Assembly: GCA_963712835.1 (NCBI GenBank)
Contig: CAVQJJ010000010.1
Coordinates: 42,950 to 106,949, forward strand
From: an uncultured Alphaproteobacteria bacterium
GTDB taxonomy: Bacteria > Pseudomonadota > Alphaproteobacteria > ATCC43930 > CGMCC-115725
DNA length: 64,000 nucleotides
Reading direction: 5' to 3'
The translations under genes were made by a program, and so were the position numbers. Below the pieces are notes generated by a model. It was not told the origin of the DNA. It saw only the letters and a program-made list of their open reading frames with translations, and did no database searches. This document shows, in pieces, positions 1-10,578 of the stretch; position 1 is the stretch's first letter, and every line of letters starts with the position of its first letter.

Positions 1-677
1 ATATCGATAACAACCGCCGTGTGCGGCAGCTGCGCAAGATCAATAGTCAGCGGCGGCTCGTTTTCCATGCCGAGGCTGGTCGTGTTGGCGAGAATGCCCG
101 CACCCGCCAGCACCTCGCTGCGCTGCTCCCAGGGATGCACGGTGATGCGCGTTTGCGGCACCGCCAGATCCTGCGCGAGCGCCGCGGCGCGGTCTCGCGT
201 ACGGTTGACCAGCCGGATTTCCGCAACGTGGGCTGCGCTGAGCGCCGCCACCACCGCGCGCGCCGCGCCGCCGGCGCCGAGCACCACCGCCGGTCCCGAA
301 GACGCGCGCCATCCCGGCGCCTGCGCACTGAGGTTTTCGCGAAAGCCGAAAACGTCGGTGTTGCTGCCTTCGAGGCTGCCGTCCGGCGCGACGATCACAG
401 TGTTCATCGCGCCGATGCGCTGCGCGAAAGGATCAATCCGATCCATCACCTTGAGCGCCGCCTGCTTATGCGGGATCGTGAGGTTGCAGCCGCGAAAACC
501 CAGCGCGGGCAGTGCGCGCAATGCCTGCTCGAGCCGGTCCGGCGCGACAGCGAGCGGCACATAGGTGCCGTCGATCCCATGCTCGCGGAGCCAGAAACCG
601 TGCAACGCCGGCGAGCGTGAATGCGCGATCGGCCATCCCATGATGCCGGCGAGCCGCGCTGCCCCGGTGATCGCCAT
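1..677 (-). CDS. aroE: shikimate 5-dehydrogenase (3' end cut by window edge)
   Basis: Minus-strand frame open to position 1, so it is absent from the ORF track. My translation from ATG (rc) at 677 reads MAITGAARLAGIMGWPIAHSRSPALHGFWL..CNLTIPHK..GAMNTV..GSNTDVFGF..VLGAGGAARAV, which are classic AroE motifs. It follows maf as in many alphaproteobacteria. Confidence 0.85.
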   Translation of the reverse strand, partial: MAITGAARLAGIMGWPIAHSRSPALHGFWLREHGIDGTYVPLAVAPDRLEQALRALPALGFRGCNLTIPHKQAALKVMDRIDPFAQRIGAMNTVIVAPDGSLEGSNTDVFGFRENLSAQAPGWRASSGPAVVLGAGGAARAVVAALSAAHVAEIRLVNRTRDRAAALAQDLAVPQTRITVHPWEQRSEVLAGAGILANTTSLGMENEPPLTIDLAQLPHTAVVID

Positions 678-687
678 GGTCTATGCC

Positions 688-1296
688 TCACTCCGCCAGG
701 GCGCCGCGATTGCGCAGGAATTCGAGCAGTTCCAGCAGCGGCAGTCCGAGAACCGCAAAATGATCTCCCTCGACACGCGCAAACAGCTGCACCCCTCTGC
801 CTTCGATCCGGTACGCCCCGACCGAGCCGAGCACCGCGTTCCCCTCGGCGGCAATATATCGGGTGAGAAACGCCTCGCCAAAGGCTCGCATCGTCAGCTT
901 CGGCGTGGAGACCGCATGCCAAAGCTGGGTATCGCCATGAAAAACGCAGCCCGCGGTGACGAGACTATGTTCGCGGCCGCGCAGCCGGCGTAATTGGGTG
1001 GCGGCAGCTGCCAAATCCGCCGGCTTGTCGAACCATTCGTTGCCCGCCACCAAAATCTGGTCCCCGCCGATAACAAGCGCCGACGGATGGCGGGCGGCCA
1101 CACTGCGAGCTTTCTCCTCGGCTAAGGCCAAAGCGCAGGCGACCGCATCACGCCCGGCTTCGCGGTGCTCACGCTTTATCCCGGCTTCATCGACGTCCGC
1201 CGGCTCGATATCAAACTCGACTCCCGCCGCGCGCAGCATCGCCGCACGTGCCGAGCTCGCCGACGCAAGGATCAGCGTCTCAGGCGTCAAAGCCAT
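688..1296 (-). CDS. maf: Maf-like nucleoside triphosphate pyrophosphatase
   Basis: Track ORF 688..1362. [29 protein letters not shown] is typical of Maf. I chose the internal ATG at 1296 ([14 protein letters not shown]), which overlaps the upstream gene stop by 17 nt. Confidence 0.85.
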   Translation of the reverse strand: MALTPETLILASASSARAAMLRAAGVEFDIEPADVDEAGIKREHREAGRDAVACALALAEEKARSVAARHPSALVIGGDQILVAGNEWFDKPADLAAAATQLRRLRGREHSLVTAGCVFHGDTQLWHAVSTPKLTMRAFGEAFLTRYIAAEGNAVLGSVGAYRIEGRGVQLFARVEGDHFAVLGLPLLELLEFLRNRGALAE

Positions 1297-2101
1297 GTCG
1301 TCGGGCAAGCAGCTTATAGATCGCTGCCGCGGTCTCCTCGATCGATCGCCGCGTGACGTCAATCACCGGCCAGTGATGCTCGGAAAAAACCCGCCGCGCC
1401 TCGCGCACCTCGGCGCGCACGGCTTCGAGATCGGTGTAATCGGTCTCGCCATTGTGATCGAGCATCGACAACCGATTGCGGCGCAGGTGAATAAGCCGCT
1501 CGGGATCGTTAGTCAGCCCGACGATCAGCGGCTTTGCCGCTGCCAGCAATTCCGGCGGCAACGGCACGCCAGGCACAAACGGCACGTTCGCCGCCTTGAT
1601 TCCCCGGTTGGCGAGATAAAGACTGGTCGGCGTTTTGGACGTCCGCGACACGCCGACCAGACACACATCGGCGTCCTCGATACCCCAGCTCGACTGGCCG
1701 TCATCGTGGTTGATCGCGAAGGTCATCGCATCGATGCGGGCGAAATATTCATTATCGAGCAGATGCTGTTTGCCTGGCAGCCCGCGGCTCTTGCTCCCGA
1801 GAAAGGCTGCCATCGCACCGAGCACGGGATCGAGGATCGGGATCGTTGTGATCGCAAGCCGCCGGCAACCGTCCTGCAGCGTTTGGCGCAGCGCCTCGTT
1901 TACCAGCGTATAAAGCACGATGCCGGGATTGGCCTCGACCCCAGCGAGGACACGATCGAGCTGGCCCTGAGTGCGCACCATGCTCCAGACGTGTTCGATC
2001 GCCTGCGCTTCATCAAACTGCACAAGACAGGCTCGCGCCACCGAATGCACCGTGTCGCCGGTCGAATTGGAGACGAGATGGAGATGAAACCGCGTCAGCA
2101 C
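1280..2101 (-). CDS. pyruvate,phosphate dikinase / PEP synthase regulatory protein (DUF299 kinase-pyrophosphorylase, RP001 homolog)
   Basis: 273 aa. [26 protein letters not shown] (P-loop-like) and overall length are typical of the PpsR/YdiA (DUF299) family. Confidence 0.85.
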   Translation of the reverse strand: MLTRFHLHLVSNSTGDTVHSVARACLVQFDEAQAIEHVWSMVRTQGQLDRVLAGVEANPGIVLYTLVNEALRQTLQDGCRRLAITTIPILDPVLGAMAAFLGSKSRGLPGKQHLLDNEYFARIDAMTFAINHDDGQSSWGIEDADVCLVGVSRTSKTPTSLYLANRGIKAANVPFVPGVPLPPELLAAAKPLIVGLTNDPERLIHLRRNRLSMLDHNGETDYTDLEAVRAEVREARRVFSEHHWPVIDVTRRSIEETAAAIYKLLARRHGFDA

Positions 2102-2515
2102 CCGGCCTCGCCCTTTTCTGGAATTTCATCCTCTGGCGGCTGTGACTTAATTGTCGCGGATCGGGGACGATATCGCAATTTTTCCCAAACACCCGGTCTC
2201 GACGTCATTTCACTCCCAATTTACCGAATCCGCCCGCGCCATTTTCAACATCTGCGTTTTTTCAACAAACGATTTGGAAAGTCGGGGACTGCCGAATTAT
2301 CCCGACGGGATCCCGTTTTTTTGATGCAAACAAACCTTCCCGATCTCTTAGGTTTTTTGCGTTATCACCGTAGTTTGTCCTTCCTGAAAAGTGTCGCCTG
2401 TTCGCGTGCAGACAATGTATGAAATTCGGGATGAATCTAATCCCCGGTTTGCCGTTCGCCCTACTACTACCTCCTAAAGAGATTCTTTTATGAATGAGGG
2501 AGAAGGTAGGTTGCG
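2102..2515. other. candidate chromosomal replication origin (oriC) in the hemE / DUF299 divergent intergenic region
   Basis: 414 bp with no credible ORF, visibly AT-richer than its flanks. It has several T5-T7 tracts and three GANTC sites, and only degenerate DnaA-box candidates. The position matches the mapped Caulobacter-type origin locus. See finding. Confidence 0.4.
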
Positions 2516-3556
2516 ATGTCTGAAATAGCCGCTCGACCGTCAGACAAGCCAGTACTTCGAGCGCTGGCAGGCGAGACGCTCGATCGCTTGCCCTGGTGGC
2601 TGATGCGTCAAGCGGGGCGCTACCTGCCGGAATACCGCGCCGTACGCGCCAAGGCGGGTGATTTTGTGACATTGTGCCTGACGCCCGAACTGGCGGCCGA
2701 GGTGACGTTACAGCCGATCCGGCGTTTTCGCATGGATGCGGCGATCTTGTTTTCCGATATCCTGCTTGTGCCGCGCGGATTGGGCCAGCGTTTGTCCTTC
2801 GAAAACGATGGGCCGCGTCTTGAGCCGATCGCCGATGTAAAGGATCTCTGGCAATTTGATGCTGCGATGCTGATGGCGGTCGCCGAGGCAGCTCGTCGGG
2901 TGCGTGCGGAATTGCCTGAGCGGACGGCGCTGATCGGTTTTGCCGGTGCGCCGTGGACGGTTGCCACCTATATGGTTGAGGGCGGAACAAGCCGCGATTT
3001 TCAGCGAGTAAAGGCGTGGGCCTATCGTGATCCGGCCGGATTTGCCGAACTCATCGAACGCATCGCCGAGGCGACGATCGAGTTTTTGGCCTTACAGATC
3101 GAGGGCGGAGTCGAGGTGGTGCAGCTCTTTGATTCCTGGGCGGGCGCCTTGTCGCCGGATGGATTCGAACGCTGGGTGATTGCGCCGACAAAGCGTCTCG
3201 TCAAAGTCATGAAAGCCCGTTTTCCGCAGATCCCGATCGTCGGGTTTCCGCGTGGCGCGGGCCTGTTTTATCAGTACTACGCGACGGAGACCGGTGTCGA
3301 CGCGGTGAGCCTAGACACGGCGATGCCGCCGGCATTCGCGCGCGACCGATTGCAATCGCGTGTAACCGTGCAGGGCAATCTCGATCCCGTGCTGCTACTG
3401 ACCGGCGGTGACGCGATGCGACAGGCGGTGCTAGAGATGCGCGCCGCTCTCGGCAACGGGCCCTATATCTTCAATCTGGGACACGGCATCCTTCCCGAGA
3501 CGCCGCCGGAGCATGTCGCCGAGTTGGCGGCTGTGCTGGCGGAGCCGCTTCGCTAA
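2516..3556 (+). CDS. hemE: uroporphyrinogen decarboxylase
   Basis: 346 aa. PWWLMRQAGRYLPEYR..ILFSDILLVP are HemE signatures. Confidence 0.95.
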   Translation: MSEIAARPSDKPVLRALAGETLDRLPWWLMRQAGRYLPEYRAVRAKAGDFVTLCLTPELAAEVTLQPIRRFRMDAAILFSDILLVPRGLGQRLSFENDGPRLEPIADVKDLWQFDAAMLMAVAEAARRVRAELPERTALIGFAGAPWTVATYMVEGGTSRDFQRVKAWAYRDPAGFAELIERIAEATIEFLALQIEGGVEVVQLFDSWAGALSPDGFERWVIAPTKRLVKVMKARFPQIPIVGFPRGAGLFYQYYATETGVDAVSLDTAMPPAFARDRLQSRVTVQGNLDPVLLLTGGDAMRQAVLEMRAALGNGPYIFNLGHGILPETPPEHVAELAAVLAEPLR

Positions 3557-3562
3557 ACGGGA

Positions 3563-4510
3563 ATGGCGCGCATCGCGGTTGTGCTAACGAACCTTGGCGG
3601 CCCGGATTCCCCGGCGGCGATACGGCCTTTTCTGATAAATCTGTTCAGCGATCCGGCAATCATAGGCCTGCCGCAGCCTTTACGCTGGATATTGGCCCGA
3701 CTTATTGCCTGGCGGCGGCTCAAGGCAGCGCGCGATATGTACGATCATCTCGGTGGCAAATCGCCCTTGCTGGCGAACACTGAGGCGCAAGCGCGTGCGC
3801 TCGAGAGCAAGCTCGGCGACGGGTTTCGTTGTTTTATCGCGATGCGCTATTGGCGCCCGATGACGGAAGAAACGGTCGCAGCTGTCAAGACGTGGGAGCC
3901 GGACGAGATTGTGTGTCTGCCGCTCTATCCGCAATATTCGACAACGACGACGGCATCTTCGGTCGCCGTGTGGAAGAGTGAGGCAGAGCGGCAGGGTCTC
4001 AGCCAGAAGACGCGAGTCGTACGGTCGTATCCAGTGGTGCGAGGATTTATTGACGCCATCGCCGGCTTGATTGAAGCCGTGTTCGATGAAGCGGCCAAAT
4101 CCCACCGGACGCGGCTGTTGCTAAGCGCACACGGGCTGCCGCTCAAGATCGTCAATGCCGGCGATCCCTATCCAAAGCAGATCGAAGAGACCGCGCGCGC
4201 CGTGGTGGAGGCGCTCGGCCGTCCTAATCTCGACTGGACGGTGTGCTACCAAAGCCGCGTCGGGCCACTGGCTTGGCTCGGACCGGCGACCGACGATGAA
4301 ATCCGCCGCGCGGGCAGGGATGGCGTCGCCATCGTCGTGGCGCCAATCTCGTTTGTCTCCGAGCATTCGGAAACGCTGGTCGAGCTTGACCGCGATTATC
4401 GCCGCCTCGCCGAGGCATGTGGCGTGCCGGCGTACTATCGGGTGCCGACCGTCGGCACCGATCCGCGCTTTATCGCAGCGCTCGCGGAGTTGGTCGAGGC
4501 GGCGGCGTGA
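3563..4510 (+). CDS. hemH: ferrochelatase
   Basis: 315 aa. IAVVLTNLGGPDSP..IRPFLINLFSDP..LPLYPQYS..SAHGLP are ferrochelatase motifs. Confidence 0.95.
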   Translation: MARIAVVLTNLGGPDSPAAIRPFLINLFSDPAIIGLPQPLRWILARLIAWRRLKAARDMYDHLGGKSPLLANTEAQARALESKLGDGFRCFIAMRYWRPMTEETVAAVKTWEPDEIVCLPLYPQYSTTTTASSVAVWKSEAERQGLSQKTRVVRSYPVVRGFIDAIAGLIEAVFDEAAKSHRTRLLLSAHGLPLKIVNAGDPYPKQIEETARAVVEALGRPNLDWTVCYQSRVGPLAWLGPATDDEIRRAGRDGVAIVVAPISFVSEHSETLVELDRDYRRLAEACGVPAYYRVPTVGTDPRFIAALAELVEAAA

Positions 4511-4956
4511 GCGATTTTCTGGTGTCTCTCTATCCTTGGATCAAGGCTCTGCACATCGTCAGCGTCGTCGCGTGGATGGCCGGGCTGCTCTACCTGCCGC
4601 GACTTTTCGTCTATCACGCGGATGCTCCGCTGGGTTCCGACAAGGCAGAGACATTCAAAATCATGGAGCGCCGGCTGTTGCGTGGCATCATGAACCCGGC
4701 CGTGGTAGCGCTGGTGATTTTCGGGGCCCTGCTGGCATTGACCCCAGGGGTGGTGGACTGGCGGCAAGGGTGGATTTGGGCCAAGCTGTTCCTTGTTGCC
4801 GGGCTGCTCGGCTTTCATCTCTGCCTCGCGCGTTGGCGCAAGCAATTCGCCGCGGATACGATCCGGCATACCGCCCGCTTCTACCGCGCGGTTAATGAAT
4901 TGCCGATGCTGGTACTGGTCGCCATCGTCATTCTCGTGGTCGTGAAGCCGTTCTGA
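4507..4956 (+). CDS. hemJ: protoporphyrinogen IX oxidase HemJ (UPF0093/CopD-like membrane protein)
   Basis: In-frame GTG at 4507 overlaps the hemH stop (GTGA). WIKALHIVSVVAWMAGLLYLPRLFVYH is the conserved HemJ N-terminus. The protein has 4 predicted TM segments. Confidence 0.8.
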   Translation: MSDFLVSLYPWIKALHIVSVVAWMAGLLYLPRLFVYHADAPLGSDKAETFKIMERRLLRGIMNPAVVALVIFGALLALTPGVVDWRQGWIWAKLFLVAGLLGFHLCLARWRKQFAADTIRHTARFYRAVNELPMLVLVAIVILVVVKPF

Positions 4957-5190
4957 AGAAAAAACGACAGCAACAGCGGCACGTTGCCCTTGCAAAGGTG
5001 TTTGACTTGCATATCTGCATTGGGTAAGGGTGGATTGAGCCGAGCATCGGTTTTTCTTCACACTTTCCCGCAATACTCCAGAAACTCCCGCCCGCCGGTA
5101 TTCGTCCGTGCCGGGCTCCCGCAGGCAGGCTTGACCTGTCCACATCGCCCCGATCCCTACGCCCTTGGGCCCTACCGTGACGAAAGCTCC

Positions 5191-6447
5191 ATGAACCTCG
5201 ACGAACTCAAGCGGAAAACGCCCGCCGAACTCCTTGCGTTTGCCGAAGAACTGCAGATCGAAAACGCCTCGTCCCTGCGCAAGCAGGAACTGATGTTCGC
5301 GATCCTCAAGCAGCTCGCGGAAAACGACGTGACAATTTCGGGCGATGGCGTGCTCGAAGTGCTGTCGGACGGCTTTGGCTTCCTGCGCTCGCCGGAATCG
5401 AATTACTTGGCTGGGCCCGACGATATTTACGTCAGCCCGAACCAGGTGCGCCGCTTCGGCCTGCGGACCGGCGATACCGTCGAAGGCGAGATCCGCAGTC
5501 CGCGCGATGGCGAACGCTATTTCGCGTTGATCAAGGTGACGCGGATCAATTTCGAGGAACCCGACCGGCTGCGCCACCGGATTAATTTCGACAATCTCAC
5601 CCCGCTCTACCCCGAAGAGAAGCTCAAACTGGAGCTCGACGACCCGACCAAGAAGGACCTGACAACCCGGGTCATCGACCTCATCACCCCGCTCGGCAAG
5701 GGGCAGCGGGCGATCATCGTCTCACCGCCGCGCGCGGGCAAAACCGTGATGTTGCAGAACATCGCGAGCGCGATCGCCATCAATCATCCGGAGGTCTTCC
5801 TGATCGTCCTGCTGATCGACGAGCGGCCCGAGGAAGTTACTGACATGGCGCGCTCGGTGCGCGGCGAGGTGGTCAGCTCGACCTTCGATGAGCCGGCCGT
5901 GCGCCACGTGCAGGTCGCCGAGATGGTAATCGAAAAGGCGAAACGGCTGGTCGAGCATAAGCGCGACGTGGTAATCCTGCTCGACTCGATTACCCGCCTC
6001 GCGCGCGCCTATAACACCGTCGTGCCCTCATCGGGCAAAGTGCTGACCGGCGGCGTCGACGCCAATGCGCTGCAGCGGCCGAAGCGCTTCTTCGGCGCGG
6101 CGCGCAATATCGAGGAGGGCGGCTCGCTGACCATCATCTCCACCGCGCTGATCGATACCGGATCGCGGATGGACGAGGTGATCTTCGAGGAGTTCAAGGG
6201 CACCGGTAATTCGGAAATCGTCCTCGACCGGAAGGTCGCCGACAAGCGCACCTTCCCGGCTCTCGACATCACTAAGTCGGGCACCCGCAAGGAGGAGTTG
6301 TTGGTCGAACGCAGCACGCTGTCGAAGATGTGGGTGCTGCGCCGCGTGCTGATGCCGATGGGCACCGTCGACGGGCTCGAGTTTCTCATCAACAAGCTCA
6401 AGGAATCGAAGAGCAACTCCGAGTTTTTTGACCAGATGAATACCTAA
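5191..6447 (+). CDS. rho: transcription termination factor Rho
   Basis: [21 protein letters not shown] (Rho N-terminus), [16 protein letters not shown] and [11 protein letters not shown] (Walker A). Start taken at ATG 5191 rather than the track's TTG at 4984. Confidence 0.97.
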   Translation: MNLDELKRKTPAELLAFAEELQIENASSLRKQELMFAILKQLAENDVTISGDGVLEVLSDGFGFLRSPESNYLAGPDDIYVSPNQVRRFGLRTGDTVEGEIRSPRDGERYFALIKVTRINFEEPDRLRHRINFDNLTPLYPEEKLKLELDDPTKKDLTTRVIDLITPLGKGQRAIIVSPPRAGKTVMLQNIASAIAINHPEVFLIVLLIDERPEEVTDMARSVRGEVVSSTFDEPAVRHVQVAEMVIEKAKRLVEHKRDVVILLDSITRLARAYNTVVPSSGKVLTGGVDANALQRPKRFFGAARNIEEGGSLTIISTALIDTGSRMDEVIFEEFKGTGNSEIVLDRKVADKRTFPALDITKSGTRKEELLVERSTLSKMWVLRRVLMPMGTVDGLEFLINKLKESKSNSEFFDQMNT

Positions 6448-6453
6448 TCCGGC

Positions 6454-6714
6454 TCAATGTAAAACAGCATAGGTGAGAGTCCGAAATTCGGCGGTCGGGA
6501 ACGAGGGGTGTAAATCGCGAGCGTCGCTGGTCCAGGTCAGTCGTTCCTGGAAGACGATTTCCCGGCCGTTGTCATACAGAAAAAGATTAGCTGTTCGGTC
6601 GGCTCCGTAGCGAATTTCCATCACCTGACCTGCCGGCGGCGCGACGAACACCTGCGGCAGCCAGCCGGCGCGATGCCCCGTCAGCCAAAGCGACGCGGCT
6701 GCTAATTTGGTCAC
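6454..6714 (-). CDS. hypothetical small protein (86 aa)
   Basis: Only an ORF with plausible codon usage between rho and qor. I recognise no motif. Confidence 0.25.
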   Translation of the reverse strand: MTKLAAASLWLTGHRAGWLPQVFVAPPAGQVMEIRYGADRTANLFLYDNGREIVFQERLTWTSDARDLHPSFPTAEFRTLTYAVLH

Positions 6715-6859
6715 GCTCAGCGGTTCCGGCCATGGTCGGATTTACCATAAATCAGACCCGAAACCGGCGGCGGGGTCTCTATGGTGCAGGCCCCGCCGAC
6801 GGCAACAAAGAGCAGACAAAACAAAACTTGAACTATCTCGCACTAAACGACGGCGGCCG

Positions 6860-7834
6860 TCAGACTGTGAAAACCGTCTGGCCCGTCGTCTCGCGCGCCT
6901 CGAGGTCGCGATGCGCCTGTGCCGCGTCGCGCAGCGCGTAGGTCTGGTTGACCACGATTTTCACCGCGCCGCTCTTCACCACCGAGAACAGGTCGTTGGC
7001 CGCGGTCAGCAGATCCTCGCGGGTTGCAGTGTAGTTGCCGAGCGTTGGTCGGGTCACATAGAGCGATCCCTTGGCGGCGAGAATGCCGAGATCGACCGGC
7101 GAGACCGCACCGGACGACTGCCCGAACAGCGCCAGCAACCCGAGCGGAGCCAGGCAGTCAAGCGACTGGAAGAAGGTATCCTTGCCCACGGAATCGTAGA
7201 CGACCGGCAGCTTCTTGCCGGCCGTGATCTCGTTGACCCGCCAGACAAAATCCTCGGAGCGGTAGAGGATCGGATGGTCGCAACCATGCGCCTTGGCGAG
7301 CACGGCCTTTTCTTCGCTGCCGACCGTACCGATCACCGTGGCGCCGAGATGCTTGGCCCATTGGCAGGCGATGAGCCCGACCCCACCAGCGGCGGCATGG
7401 ACGAGGATCGTCTCACCGGCCTTGACGACATGGGTGCGCCGGATGAGGTACCAGGCGGTCATGCCCTTGAGCATCATCGCTGCGGCCTGCTGGTCGTTGA
7501 TACCCTCCGGAATGGGCACCAACTTGTCGGCCGGCATGACGCGCTCTTCGCTGTAGGCGCCGAGTGGCCCGCCGGCATAGGCGACACGGTCGCCGACCTT
7601 GAGGTCCGCGACCCCCGACCCGACCTCCTCGATCACACCGGCGCCCTCGCCGCCGAGCCCGCTGGGCATCGGCACCTTGTAAAGCCCGCTGCGCTGGTAG
7701 GTGTCGATGTAGTTGAGCCCGACCGCCTTGTGCTTCAGCCGCACCTGACCCGGACCCGGCCTGTCGACGCTGACCTGCTGCCAGGTCAAGACCTCCGGGC
7801 CGCCGGTCTGCTCGAAACGGATCGCCTGTACCAT
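6860..7834 (-). CDS. qor: NADPH:quinone oxidoreductase (zeta-crystallin type MDR)
   Basis: 324 aa. AVGLNYIDTYQRSGLY..GGEGAGVIEEVG..VHAAAGGVG are the Qor/MDR pattern. Confidence 0.85.
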   Translation of the reverse strand: MVQAIRFEQTGGPEVLTWQQVSVDRPGPGQVRLKHKAVGLNYIDTYQRSGLYKVPMPSGLGGEGAGVIEEVGSGVADLKVGDRVAYAGGPLGAYSEERVMPADKLVPIPEGINDQQAAAMMLKGMTAWYLIRRTHVVKAGETILVHAAAGGVGLIACQWAKHLGATVIGTVGSEEKAVLAKAHGCDHPILYRSEDFVWRVNEITAGKKLPVVYDSVGKDTFFQSLDCLAPLGLLALFGQSSGAVSPVDLGILAAKGSLYVTRPTLGNYTATREDLLTAANDLFSVVKSGAVKIVVNQTYALRDAAQAHRDLEARETTGQTVFTV

Positions 7835-7913
7835 CGCTGCCTCCTAAATTCGATGGGAGGGTTTTAGCGAAGAAATGCGAAGGCGGAAAAGCCTTTAGCT
7901 CGGACGCCCGCGA

Positions 7914-8372
7914 TCACAACAGCGCCGGCACGCCAACGCCTTCGAGCGCGAGCAGGGTCTGCTTGGTCACGAGCCCACCCGAGCCGCTATATCCGCCCAG
8001 CCAACCTTTGCCCAGGACGCGATGGCAGGGGATGACGATCGGGATCGGGTTGCGGCCACAGGCCCGCCCGACGGGGCGTGGCGCGGAGTGCGTCACGGTA
8101 GCGAGATCGCCGTAACTCCGTGTCTCACCGTAGGGAATCTCCTGCATCGCCGCCCAGACGCGGAGCTCGAAATCGCTGCCGGCGGGGCGCAACGGCAGGT
8201 CGAAATTCCTGAGCTCGCCGGCAAAGTACGCGTCGATCTGACGCGCCGCCTCGGACAGCAATGGGCTGCCGTTGCCGGCGGGGCCTTCACCCCAATGCAC
8301 GGCGACCAGGGTTTCGCCCTCTTCTTCGAGCAGCAAATTTCCAACCGGACTAGATATCGATAGTGAATACAT
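7914..8372 (-). CDS. ogt: methylated-DNA--protein-cysteine methyltransferase
   Basis: IPCHRVLG active-site motif and YGDLA. I chose the ATG at 8372 (MYSLSISSPVG) so that it does not overlap the upstream gene. Confidence 0.85.
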   Translation of the reverse strand: MYSLSISSPVGNLLLEEEGETLVAVHWGEGPAGNGSPLLSEAARQIDAYFAGELRNFDLPLRPAGSDFELRVWAAMQEIPYGETRSYGDLATVTHSAPRPVGRACGRNPIPIVIPCHRVLGKGWLGGYSGSGGLVTKQTLLALEGVGVPALL

Positions 8373-8404
8373 CGCGGCTCTCTTGGGCGAACGTTTTAAG
8401 AACA

Positions 8405-10438
8405 TTAGCGCAGTTTGGCGAGCGCGTCGATCAATTCCTGCGACTCTACGATCGGCAACGAACAAACGGGGCCCTCGCAGACATAGGCGGTCGCCTTGCC
8501 GCCGACGAGGGGCTTGCCATATGCCGGATGCGCCGCCGGCAACGCCTCGCCTGGCGCAACGACCTGCACGATCTGGCGCGGCAATGACACCGAATAGACC
8601 GCGCGGCGGAGCGCCGCCAGTTTTGGATCGTCCGCCGCGCCGACCAGCACGATCTGCACCGGCTTCTGCGCCAATTCGGTATTATTGATAAGAGTCGCGA
8701 GCGGGAAGAAATTGCGTGCCACTTCGCCCGCGAAAGCTCGAATGATCGCATCAGCTTGATCGCGATACGCCTCATCGCCGGTCAGGATCGCAAGCCGCGT
8801 CAATACGCCGACCAGCGTGCCGTTACCCGCCGGCACGGCGGCGTCGGCGGCGGTCTTGGCTCGCGCGATGAGGCCCGGCGTGTCGTCCGCGGCGAAGAAA
8901 TAGCCGCCGCTGGCGGTGTCCCAATAATGGCGGTCGAGCACCGCGACCCAGCCTTGGGCCGCCGCAAGATAGGCCGGGTTTTGCGTCGCCTCATGCAGCA
9001 TCAGCGCCGCACGGCACAGATTGGCGTAGTCGTCAACGCTCGCCGGATGCCGCGCCGCGCCGCCGCGCCAGCTGTGAAACAGCCGGCCGTTCGGCGCAGC
9101 CATGTCGCGCTCGATGAACGCGAAGGCGCGCGTCGCCATCGCCACCCACTCCGGCCGCTCGAACGCGACGCCCGCGTGCGCGAGGGCGGCGATCATCAGC
9201 CCGTTCCAATCCGCCAATACTTTGTCATCGGTGCCGGGCCGTACGCGCGGAGCGCGCAGTGCAAAAAGCCGGGCGCGGCAGCGGGCAAGCAGCGCCTCGG
9301 TCTCGTCCGACAACAGCGCCGGGTGATGGAGGCGATTGAGAATGGTGTGGCCTTCCCAATTGCCTTCCGCCGTCACATCGTAGACTTCCTCGAAGACCGC
9401 CGCTTCGGCCTCGAGCGCCGCGTCGATTTCCTCGGTCGACCAGACATAGAATTTGCCCTCCTCGTGCTCGCTGTCGGCATCAAGGCTGGAAGCGAACCCG
9501 CCGCCTTCCGTCGCCATTTCGCGCTCGAGCCAATCGATCGTTTCGGCGACACGCTGGGCGTAAAGCGGGTCGCGCACCTCCTGCCACACGGTCGTCAGCA
9601 GATCGATCAACTCCGCATTGTCGTAAAGCATCTTCTCGAAATGCGGGGCGAGCCAACGCGCATCGACCGAGTAGCGCGCGAAGCCGCCGCCGAGATGATC
9701 ATAAATACCGCCCTGGCAGATCGTCGTCAGCGTGCGCAGCACGGCATCCCGATACGGCGCTTGCCGGGTGCGCCGCCAGGCGCGCCACAGCAGCTCGAAA
9801 ATACCGCACTGCGGAAATTTCGGCGCCGTACCGATGCCGCCGTTCAGCGGATCGACCTCGCGCAGCAGACGCTCCGCCATGCGATCATAGAGCGCGGGGT
9901 CGACCCCTTCACCCGGCTCGGGTTGGCCGAGCTTCGCGAGTGCCTCGCGCAGAATGGTGACATTCTTCCCGACCTTGTCGGGTTCGCTGCGATAGGTCTG
10001 CGCCACCCCCTGCAGTACTTGCGCGAAACCCGGCCGGCCCCAGCGTGGCTCCGGCGGAAAATAGGTGCCGCCCCAGAACGGCTCGCCGTCAGGTGTGAGG
10101 AACATGGTGAGCGGCCAACCGCCCTGCTCGCCGAGAAGTGCCAGCGCATGCTGATAAATCGCGTCGAGGTCCGGCCGCTCCTCGCGATCTACCTTGATAT
10201 TGATATACAGCTTGTTCATCAGCCCGGAGATGGCGGGGTTCTCAAAGCTTTCATGCGCCATCACGTGGCACCAATGGCACGCCGCATATCCGATCGACAG
10301 CAGGATCGGTTTGTTCTCAGCCTTGGCGGCGGCGAGCGCCGCCTCGCCCCAGGCCCGCCAATGCACCGGGTTGTCCTTGTGCTGCAGCAGATAAGGGCTG
10401 GTTTCCTCGCCGAGGCGGTTGCGATCTGTGGTCGACAT
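8405..10438 (-). CDS. thioredoxin-domain protein, DUF255/YyaL family (N-terminal Trx fold plus six-hairpin glycosidase-like domain)
   Basis: 677 aa. [38 protein letters not shown] is the typical DUF255 N-terminus. Confidence 0.85.
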   Translation of the reverse strand: MSTTDRNRLGEETSPYLLQHKDNPVHWRAWGEAALAAAKAENKPILLSIGYAACHWCHVMAHESFENPAISGLMNKLYINIKVDREERPDLDAIYQHALALLGEQGGWPLTMFLTPDGEPFWGGTYFPPEPRWGRPGFAQVLQGVAQTYRSEPDKVGKNVTILREALAKLGQPEPGEGVDPALYDRMAERLLREVDPLNGGIGTAPKFPQCGIFELLWRAWRRTRQAPYRDAVLRTLTTICQGGIYDHLGGGFARYSVDARWLAPHFEKMLYDNAELIDLLTTVWQEVRDPLYAQRVAETIDWLEREMATEGGGFASSLDADSEHEEGKFYVWSTEEIDAALEAEAAVFEEVYDVTAEGNWEGHTILNRLHHPALLSDETEALLARCRARLFALRAPRVRPGTDDKVLADWNGLMIAALAHAGVAFERPEWVAMATRAFAFIERDMAAPNGRLFHSWRGGAARHPASVDDYANLCRAALMLHEATQNPAYLAAAQGWVAVLDRHYWDTASGGYFFAADDTPGLIARAKTAADAAVPAGNGTLVGVLTRLAILTGDEAYRDQADAIIRAFAGEVARNFFPLATLINNTELAQKPVQIVLVGAADDPKLAALRRAVYSVSLPRQIVQVVAPGEALPAAHPAYGKPLVGGKATAYVCEGPVCSLPIVESQELIDALAKLR

Positions 10439-10578
10439 TCGGGCTCCTGCGCGAGGCAGCGTTGCTTGACTGAGGCTCGACGGGTTAGTTTTGGCTTCGT
10501 ATCTTAAACGCAGTTCGGCGGATCGCGTCCGCCATTTACTGTTGAGACCAACGCCCGAGGGGCAATCCGGAGATTCGA

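Noticed and set aside
4984-5190. N-terminal extensions implied by the ORF track for rho (from 4984). The same applies to leuS (to 20916), ftsZ (to 53307), murB (to 56987), murG (to 59574), ftsW (to 60557), mraY (to 62780), mscL (to 31709), bamD, and the NEW3 and ABC ATPase genes.
   Set aside because: The conserved protein N-termini begin at internal ATGs. Those ATGs either carry an SD or form ATGA overlaps with the upstream gene, and the extensions are Arg-rich junk that overlaps neighbouring genes.
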